A stretch of 62,987 nt of DNA, counting the filler, from Octopus bimaculoides (lineage: Eukaryota), in NCBI RefSeq assembly GCF_001194135.2. It is 7 parts of 7 records of this genome, joined end to end, with 100 filler letters (N's around TTAATTAATTAA, not from the genome) between each part and the next. Parts side by side here need not be neighbours in the genome. Positions count along the whole stretch, not along the records: positions 53,569 to 55,275 come from NW_026378778.1; positions 55,376 to 57,285 come from NC_068991.1; positions 57,386 to 62,987 come from NC_068997.1; 4 more parts are not named here. The stretch is one strand, 5' to 3'. The position numbers and the translations under genes were made by a program. This document shows positions 53,925 through 62,987 of the stretch, piece by piece. The first letter of the stretch is position 1. Each line of letters starts with the position of its first letter. Under the pieces are notes generated by a model. It was not told the origin of the DNA, ran no database searches, and worked only from the letters and a program-made list of their open reading frames with translations.

Positions 53925-54261
53925 NNNNNNNNNNNNNNNNNNNNNNNNNNNNNNNNNNNNNNNNNNNNNNNNNNNNNNNNNNNNNNNNNNNNNNNNNNNN
54001 NNNNNNNNNNNNNNNNNNNNNNNNNNNNNNNNNNNNNNNNNNNNNNNNNNNNNNNNNNNNNNNNNNNNNNNNNNNNNNNNNNNNNNNNNNNNNNNNNNNN
54101 NNNNNNNNNNNNNNNNNNNNNNNNNNNNNNNNNNNNNNNNNNNNNNNNNNNNNNNNNNNNNNNNNNNNNNNNNNNNNNNNNNNNNNNNNNNNNNNNNNNN
54201 NNNNNNNNNNNNNNNNNNNNNNNNNNNNNNNNNNNNNNNNNNNNNNNNNNNNNNNTAGTTG

Positions 54262-54309
<48 letters not shown>

Positions 54310-54849
54310 CATACATACATACATCCATACATACATACATACATATATACATACATACAATGGATATGGTATAGGCGGAGTAAAGGTCAGTACTCCTGGC
54401 CTTTCCTTTAATCTATGTCCCGCCCATTCCTGATATTTCTTGATTCAGGCTGACCAAAAATTAATCACTTTGCTATCTCAACTCTCCTGCAAATGTTCTA
54501 ACCTTTTTACGAAATTAATGTTGACTTTCAGTTATATTTTAATCCGTTGTATTCTTTTTTTTTTTTTCCGATATTTTACCGACCAATTCTTGCAAACCAC
54601 AAAGATGTTATCACCAATGCCAGTTTTGCAAACAATAATCTTTATAATTTTATTCTCTCATTTTTTTTTTTCTGTTTTTCTTAGTAACTTTTTATTTCAT
54701 TTTATTTACATATTTTTTCGTGTTTTTTTTTTGTGTGGTTTTGTTTACTTAATTTCCATAGAAACCACTAGTAAAAATTACTTCATTTATTGGTGAACTT
54801 AGAGAATAAAGGCCATTAAGATTTTCTTCGGGGTTCTTCTTATCGCTTA

Positions 54850-54944
54850 AAATCATCATCATTATCATCGTCGCTGTCGTCATCGTCATCGACGTTATTG
54901 TCATCAGCATTAACCTAATCACATTGTCGTCGTCGTCGTCGTCG

Positions 54945-55005
<61 letters not shown>

Positions 55006-55240
55006 TATCATCATCATCATCATCCTCCTTATCACCATGTTCCATGATCGTTCTTGTCAACAACATCACCATCATCATCACTACGTTCCTCATCCTCATA
55101 CTCATTATAATAATCACCGTCTTAACACCACCATCACCATTCATATCACCATCCATATCATCCTCATCATCAACAACAACAACAGCAAAACAACAGCATC
55201 GTCATAATCACCAACACCCTCACCACAATCAGTATTATAA
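54850..55240. repeat. (TCG)n/(TCA)n/(CAA)n low-complexity tract
   Basis: Directly visible. Source of the poly-D and poly-S ORFs. Confidence 0.9.
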
Positions 55241-55375
55241 GTGAATTTATGTGTGTGTGTGTGTGTGTGTGTGTGNNNNNNNNNNNNNNNNNNNNNNNNN
55301 NNNNNNNNNNNNNNNNNNNTTAATTAATTAANNNNNNNNNNNNNNNNNNNNNNNNNNNNNNNNNNNNNNNNNNNN

Positions 55376-55830
55376 CCGGCCTGGAATTCATTCTCTGTAA
55401 GCGATTCGCTCTTGACTCGACAACGGTGTTAAAATATTGACGTTTGAGTTGCATTTTCAATTTTAACAAAGAGATGGAACGCCGTCAGTGCTAAATCTGT
55501 CGAAAGGTTGGGTGCGGAAGCGATACCATGTTGATTATTTCGAGAAACTCACGAGTTGGGAGAGCTGATAGCGTATGGACATCGTGAAAAATCCAGAACT
55601 TCTCGCCCGACAGATCCGGTCCCTTTTGCCGAATGTCCTCACGCAAACGCTTCAAAACGTCACCATAGAAATTGTGATTGGCGACGATCCGACCATACGG
55701 TTCGAATTCTCATTGCACAATACCCCAAAAAAAAAAACGATGCACATAGTCATGATTGAACTGCTGGTCTATCTTGCCTTCTTCGGTCGTGGAGATATTT
55801 CGGAATGGTCGTTTTTCTTTTTATTGCCAA
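55376..55830 (-). mobile_element. Decayed mariner (DD34D-type) transposase catalytic region
   Basis: Minus frames read SPRPKKAR*...MTMCIVFF..GIVQ*EF...FYGDVLKRLREDIRQKGPDL...WIFHD...TREFL..NMVSLPHP...LKMQLKRQYFNTVVE, matching the mariner WVPHEL/YSPDL-family layout. Confidence 0.85.
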
Positions 55831-56442
55831 ATAAACACACGCCCTATATATTTGTTTACTCCATTCTGTTTCTCTATACAGACGCAAACAGATGCGTAGT
55901 TAAGGATACACATCATAGAGACGCCGAAGTGACTAAGCAGAACAGCAGGAAACACGTGGATAGAAGAGTCGCTGAGGTGAGCACAGTTATGTAACAAAAG
56001 ATTTCCATACAACGGACATAAGATAACATAAGAGCAATAATAAACGAGTGAAGAGTGAATTTGTAGTGCATGTGTTTATTTGCAAGGAAAAAAATGACCG
56101 CCCCGAAATACAAAAATACCTGTTTCAACACGGTTTCACACCAGGAATCTTGCAAAAGAAATTCATTAACATGTACATATATATCGCAATAAATTATAAA
56201 TCATTTAATACCTTTCCTGTCATAGGCCGCCTGTGCATCCTAAGACAAATTTCTTCACCAAATGTCCCTAAGCATTCTGAGTTCTTTTTGCAAGTCTGCT
56301 TTCTGAGATTTAAAAAACTTTTCTAGTTGCACTTTGTTTTTACGTTTGCGTCATGAAGCTTTACACGCACACACGCACATACACACACACACACACACAC
56401 AAACATATATATATATATCCTTATATATATATATATATATAC

Positions 56443-56516
<74 letters not shown>

Positions 56517-57081
56517 GAGTGTGCACGCTTGTCTGTGTACGTATTTTGCCATACACTCATAATCTAGACTGAGTTTAAAGAGAAAATAATTTTCATTCTG
56601 TCATTATTTGAAATTCAGGAACAAATTATATAAACAATATTTTATCATTCCATACGATTTTGGAAGAAATGCCATTGTATAACCATGTCTGCTCTCATTC
56701 TTTTCTAGTCGTTTTGGTTACGCCGAATTCGACACGTTCCATTCTTTTTCTGTTGTTCTCTAATATCGCCTCCATTAGCTGTTTTAGGCATTTCAGTTGG
56801 TAACAGACAACATAAACACCATATCATATAATGATGTCTCTGAGTAGTCTGAGAGTTTCGCCTCTACGTCTTCCACTATTCAGTTCGCATTTACGTATAC
56901 ATGTGGTGTTTTGGATCGCAACGTTTCTTTTGTCTTATTTGGTGACAGTTGAGCTTAAATTTTTAATTATTGTTACTTTCATTTTCCACGGGTCTCCCAC
57001 TCTTTTTCATTATCATATTATATGTCTAGTTTTTTTTTTTACTAAATTCAGACTAAATTATAGTACCAAATTTCTTTGATG

Positions 57082-57127
<46 letters not shown>

Positions 57128-57144
57128 TAAAAATAATAATAATA

Positions 57145-57285
57145 ATTGGCTTGAAATCAGAAACAGAGGGGTTTATCATAGCAGCCCAAGATCAATGCCT
57201 ACCTACAAAGAACTACCAGGCCAACATATTAAAGAACGGCAGCTCCCCATTATGTCGTATATGCCAACAACAAAATGAGACCATC
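57145..57285 (+). mobile_element. 5'-truncated non-LTR retroelement with restriction-like endonuclease (R4/Dong-like)
   Basis: GLKSETEGFIIAAQDQCLPTKNYQANILKNGSSPLCRICQQQNETI, the region leading into the CCHC knuckle of RLE-clade LINEs. It starts directly after (AAT)n. Confidence 0.8.
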
Positions 57286-57404
57286 NNNNNNNNNNNNNNN
57301 NNNNNNNNNNNNNNNNNNNNNNNNNNNNNTTAATTAATTAANNNNNNNNNNNNNNNNNNNNNNNNNNNNNNNNNNNNNNNNNNNNTGTGTGTGTGTGTGT
57401 GTGT

Positions 57405-57613
57405 TTATCCTCCACCACTGGTTGAAAACCGTTGTTGGTTTTGTTTATGTCTTCATACTGAAGCGGTCGGCCAAAGTGATCGATAAAATAATTACCAGGT
57501 TTAACAAAAAGTAAGTACTGAGGTCGATTCGCTCGACTAAAAATTTCTCAAGGAGGTGACCCAGCATGGCCGCAGTCTAATAACAGAAATAAGTAAAAGA
57601 TAGAAGAGATAAA

Positions 57614-57620
<7 letters not shown>
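57405..57620 (+). mobile_element. SINE, family B (3' end AGCATGGCCGCAGTC...GTAAAAGATA)
   Basis: The same body and tail recur at about 17700-17793, 24367-24565 and 28749-28897. Confidence 0.7.
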
Positions 57621-57655
<35 letters not shown>

Positions 57656-58357
57656 CGCATTCTTATTCTATTGTCGTGTATTCACCATCACTACAGTCAT
57701 CGTCGCCATTATCACCTCAACTATTTTTCACGGCTACAATGATTTAGCCGGAAATACTTAATTCATCGCTGTTTATTTTTTAAAATTGTAACCTCCTCCC
57801 CACAACCTCCAATCCATTGCTATCACTAACACAAACACAACAGAGCCACCACTATGACTACCAAGCACAACAAGAGCATCAATATCAACATGCACGGCAG
57901 ATATAAAAGTCAGAAAAAAAAAGAACATGTAAATAAAATCCTGTCGTTAAAAAGTATTGAAATAAAACTACAAAACAACAATGGTCATTATTTGTTTTAT
58001 TCTCAGTATCATTTCTTGACACAACAACAGTGGATTCAGTTAGTTGTTGAAAGGATAACAGGAACACTTTAAAATATATCCTTCCACTGCCTTTAGAGTA
58101 TACTGAAGGGAAAGAAACTAAAAACATTCAGTGTTTATTTTTGGTTACTGTAAACCTTAATAACTAAGGAATTCAGAAAAAAAGGCTTTATTTTAAATGG
58201 CATCTTATTTATGTTTGCTACTTCATTTGTTGTCGCATTGCAACAATGAGAGAGAAGGCGTATGTATTTATCTATTTGCACGCACACGCGCGCGCACACA
58301 TACATACACACACACACACACGTATATATATATATATATATATATATGTAGATAGAT

Positions 58358-58430
<73 letters not shown>

Positions 58431-58642
58431 TTAGGATTGAGGGAATAATTATCATCCTGGCTATCACCTCATTAGCTCATCATGCCGGATCTTGCCTATC
58501 GTAGTATTTCCAAAATCAAAAGGAGATCCGTAAGACTTCGATTGATATAAATGGGAACAGTACACGCCTCCAAGGTAAGATCCAAAAGTGATAATTAAAT
58601 GAAGAACAGAGAAGGTCAAATTAACACCACAATAATAACCTT

Positions 58643-58850
58643 TTCTACTCTAGGCACAAGGCCAGAAATTTTGGGGGAGTGGGGCAGTCGATTAGATCGA
58701 CCCCACTACGCAACTGTTGCTTAATTCATCGGCCCCGAAAGGATGAAAGGCGAAGTCAACCTTCTCGGAATTTGAAATCAGAACGTAAAAACAGGTGAAA
58801 TACCGCTAAGCATTTCGCCCGGCGTGCTAAGGTTTCTGCCAGCTCGCCAC
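58643..58850 (-). mobile_element. tRNA-derived SINE, family A
   Basis: Reverse complement of the family A consensus, adjacent to an (AAT)n tract at about 58860-58941. Confidence 0.85.
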
Positions 58851-58890
58851 CTATTGTAAAATAATAATAATAATGATAATAATAATAATC

Positions 58891-58930
<40 letters not shown>

Positions 58931-59574
58931 TGATAATAATAAAACTCCAAACAAAGAATTTATAGATATTTTAATGCATCGCTACGCGTGTTTCCACAAA
59001 TCACATGTTTCTTACGATCGTAGTCCGTATTTCTGGGAAGATTAGAGTATAGCCCGTAGTATCCATGGACATTGGGTGGATGATATTCATGTGTTCATTT
59101 TCTTAGGCGATATGGCAACAACAGAATAGCTGTACTTGCTGACTCTACTACATCGGAATTCACTGAGGAGGCGCCTGCTGTGACTAAAGTCAAACCAATG
59201 AAATATACTACCCATCCTGACATCTGCATACTCAAATATGAAAATAAGTCTAAAATCAGCGCATACACCTCCCTCTCCTTTATAATTACCATTCTTTTCT
59301 CTCTTTCCATCAACTTCTACTCCTCACTAAATACACATGGAACTGCCCACATACCCCCAATCAAACTTTTTATTGGTCAAAATTGATAACCAACTTTCAG
59401 TTATACATTCGCTGCCTTCAACGTTAACGCCATAACTGTTGACTACCTCCGAAAAGGCCGAACCAGATTGCATTCCAAAATAGAAAAAAGTAGGAACTAT
59501 TTTGAAAAATACAGCTACGTGAACTATTTATGTACATGTCTGTCTGCCTGTCTGTCTGTGTGTCTGTGTGTCTG

Positions 59575-59619
<45 letters not shown>

Positions 59620-60429
59620 GGTGGGTAAATTGTCGCAATTTTATACTTTTAATTTCGCGCATGTGCATTGTTTGTTTTTGATTTTGTTGACTACACAGTA
59701 TAATAGCGTTAGTTGAGCACCGTTTGTGAAAAAAGCAAAACAAAAAAAAAACAGCACCATGACACTATTCACTCTGACAGAAGTTTGGAAACAACATGCT
59801 GTACTACTTGGCATTCGCGCCGGAAGCTCCGATACGAACATTTCAGAGTTTTTGTGTGTCATTCTGAGGACAGTGCAATCTGAGGACATGTACCGAGAGT
59901 GATAAAACTCAAACATCCAGTCAACATCATGGTGACTGGAGTGATCACTAGTGATGGCGACGTTTATGCCTCTATTCTTCTTTCCACACGACCTCAGACT
60001 CAACACGGAGGTCTACATCAAGTGCCTGGAGGAGGCAGTGTTGCACTTGGTCAAGAGGGTGGCTGCTGGAAGACCCTATGTCTGGCAACAGGACTCTGCA
60101 CCATGGCACATAAGCAGGAGAACCTAACTCTCCAGACTGCAACCCCCTTGATTATTATTTGTAGTGCGCAGTTGAGCGAGAGACCAACAAATCTCCTTGT
60201 AACACTAAAGATCACCCGGAGGCAAGGATTATGGCAGCATTCACCAACTGAAACAAGGAGGACCGTCTGGAGACCGTGATTGAAGCCATTGACGATTTTA
60301 TTGAATAAATTTACTCTTTAGTATTTCAAGATATTTTAATGTAATTTTGGTAAATATATCTGTTAAAATGAGATGTCAGTGTTATTTCCATTTCTGAGTA
60401 GTTTAGACGGCAGTTTCTTCACCACGCCC

Positions 60430-60432
<3 letters not shown>
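59620..60432 (+). mobile_element. Decayed, internally deleted Tc1/mariner-superfamily element (same type as 25640-26390)
   Basis: KLKHPVNIMVTGVITSDGDV, then after a frameshift FFFPHDLRLNTEVYIKCLEEAVL...GRPYVWQQDSAPWH. Degenerate inverted ends sit within a (TCTA)n tract. Confidence 0.8.
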
Positions 60433-60469
<37 letters not shown>

Positions 60470-61037
60470 ACCCTCCTCTTTTCACTTCACTGTCTCCCTG
60501 TCATTTTTCTCGCCCCTCCTTATTTCTTCTGTCCTTCTGCCTCTACCTCTCTCTTCTCTCCCCACGTGACCGGTGTTCGGCCAAGCCGCTGTCCGTGCAA
60601 CATCTATATTCTTTCCTGTGCCTGTGAAATCTTGTATCCCTGCCGTAAGACTTTACTTCCATACACGCCAGCTTAATTTAATTCGTCATTAGTCGAAAAA
60701 TACCTGTTGTTACGTCTTGTTATTTGTATTTGTGTAACCTTCGTTTTTTTCCGTCCTTGTTTTCGTATACATTCGCTACTTTCTTCCAAAGAATCTAATG
60801 CTCTTAGCCTAGTTTTTCCTTAGGGCTGGCTAGATTGGAGCAATCTCGAGTATAACCAACTAAAATTGCAAACATAATCTGGATCTCGACTGATGAAAGA
60901 AAACTTCAAATGACCCGTCCTTGTTTTCTTTGTATCGACTCTTTGGATGTTTTGTTGTCCCATTTTTGTATCACCTAACTGTCTGGATGTTTTGCATTCT
61001 TGTCCCATTTTGTATATTTATATATATATACATATAC

Positions 61038-61111
<74 letters not shown>

Positions 61112-61205
61112 GTGTGTGTGTGTGTGTGTGTGTGTCTGTGTGTGTGTCTGTGGGGGGGTGTGTATGCATTTATACATATATATTTGAATATATACATATA
61201 TATAC

Positions 61206-62987
61206 TAGGGTTATGACTTTTTGATTTGTTTGGAAGTAAACAATTTCCTGTATCAAATGTCGATGAACAATTTTAAATAAGTAAAGAAAATAACATTTAT
61301 TTTAAATTAAAAAAAAAAAACGTTACCCCCAACTGAAGGAATCTAACACCACTTTTGACCCAAATCATGAGACCTGTTCGTCTAGAAGAGCTTTCTTTGG
61401 AAAACAACTGCAGGATAGCAATGAAACTTCAAATTGTCGGTCGCTACCTGTTCCTTGGAGCTACCATTAAAGGAAGGAAAGAAAGAACAAAGGGAATTTC
61501 AAAAGAAGTAACTTTTTAATGGCAAAAAGAAGCTAAATTTCCCATATTTATGAATTCAAAATGTACAAGTAAAAGTAGAAAAAGTGCTGAATATCTACGA
61601 TAAATGTGTAAAACGAGGAAAGTACGATTCATTGAAAGGAATTTTTGACATCACAAAGGAAAACGGTGAATGGCTGTGCAGTGAGGATAGAAGGTTATAT
61701 TATCATCAAATTGAAAGCAAGGGACAGGTTAGGCATGCAACTGGAAAGGCAGCCAGTTCCAAATCTATCCATCCACCCAAAAGAAGAAAAGTGTCTTTAA
61801 TGCCAACTTCAACTAGAGTAATTCCAGAGACTGAAAGTGAATATAAAGAGTCCAAAAAATCAAATGAATAATCCACACAAGCAAAGAGGTAGTATAGCAA
61901 AACTGGAACTGCAACCAAGTTAGTAATGTCTTCCAAACTATGAAACCAAAAAGCAGCGACAGTTTGTCGACAATTATCTCAAGATGGAATCAATGTCGAG
62001 ACTCCTTCTCAATCTGATATTTACAGATCGAGTATCAAAGAAGCTGTTAAACGAAAAAGAAAATGAAGAAAACACCACATTTAGAAAACTGGTCATTGCA
62101 TTTTGATGGTAAAAGTATTGATGACCAAGAATACCAAGTGCTAGTTTTAAAGAATGAACAGAGAGAACTTAAGTTAGAAGCATCCCGATTACCAAACGGA
62201 AAAGCCGATACTGTTGTGAAAGGAGTAACAGCTGTTTTAGATGAATACAATTTATTGAACTGTGTAAAGATGATTGTCGATGATACAACGAGTGTGAACA
62301 CTGGGAAAAGAAATGACATTGTCATTCAGTTGCAAATACTGTTTGCTTAAAAGGGTTCGAAAGAACCGCAATTTATTGGTTGTCAGTATCATACCCTTGA
62401 TAGAGTTCTTCGTGTTGTATTGGCTAACGAACTTGGAGAAAAAAGTCATCTCCAAATATTGAATACACATTCATCCGAGAGCTTCTAAGCAATTACGAGA
62501 AATTCCAGGCTAATTTTAACAATAGCGAAGAAAAGATTACTGAATCAGCAGGAGATGGCGAGATGACATGAAATTTCTATTTCATTTGACCAGATTTTTC
62601 GTTTCTTTGAAGAAACCGGAAAATTTCCAACTGTTCAAAAAATACTCAACTTAAGTAATGCAAGATGGAATTCTCGAACAATACTAGCTCTTTTGGCATT
62701 TATTCTTCTACCAGAGAAAAGAGTTTTGCTTCTCAATGTTTGTCGATTCATCTCTTACAGCTGAGCAGATTTTTGGTTTACTGACCAAATGCTCAATGCA
62801 CATGAATATCAGAATTTATGTGGTAGCCTGCAAGTTCATAAAAAAGCACTGAACTCTGTAAAACACTTTTGGAGTCGAGAACCATTAAAACAGGAAATTC
62901 TCAGAACGAACCAGAGTATAGAACGGGCAATCAGGTGCCTTCAAGGTCTTTATGATGTTTCTAAAAAGAAGGAGAAACTTCATTTTC
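61206..62987 (+). mobile_element. Decayed DDE DNA transposon, hAT-like (runs off the window)
   Basis: Starts TAGGG after (TA)n. Frame fragments read LHFDGK...LVLKNE...LPNGKADTV...MIVDDTTSVNTGK...FIGCQYHTLDRVLR (DTT-NTG plus CxxH signature) with stops and frameshifts. Subfamily uncertain. Confidence 0.75.

Noticed and set aside
55575-55880. Plus-strand ORF MDIVKNPELLARQIRSLLPNV...
   Set aside because: It is the antisense reading of a decayed mariner transposase on the minus strand.
59107-59142. AIWQQ after an acceptor as the next CPOX exon
   Set aside because: Wrong phase (CPOX needs phase 2) and no LRRGR follows.
60880-60920. CTGATGA-AAG-AAAA-CTT-CAAA hammerhead-like string
   Set aside because: G12 is missing and stem I cannot be formed. 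Part of a dispersed repeat.

Overview
AT-rich, microsatellite-dense animal genomic DNA with many assembly gaps. The SINE, MITE and LINE repertoire looks like an octopus (cephalopod) draft genome; this is an inference. Most ORF-track entries are artefacts of N-runs, simple repeats or decayed transposons. Three genuine coding signals were found by reading splice sites: (1) four phase-compatible exons of a secreted S1 (chymotrypsin-family) serine protease on the minus strand, 35388 to 27898, with catalytic His and Asp visible but no visible signal-peptide or GDSGG (Ser195) exon; (2) one isolated plus-strand exon of coproporphyrinogen III oxidase (CPOX) at 25167-25246; (3) a 260-codon uninterrupted terminal exon on the minus strand, 23327 to 22545, which appears to combine a divergent HNF/HMBOX-like homeodomain carrying a large insertion with a ubiquitin-like C-terminal domain. 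The third is the most novel-looking item. Mobile DNA includes four decayed Tc1/mariner fragments, a hAT-like transposase relic, a Penelope-like relic with a minimal type I hammerhead ribozyme fold, a foldback element carrying telomere-like repeats, a 156-nt near-perfect hairpin, a Tigger-like MITE, R4/Dong-, RTE- and CR1/L2-like LINE fragments, and many tRNA-derived SINEs. No rRNA, intact tRNA or CRISPR array was seen.
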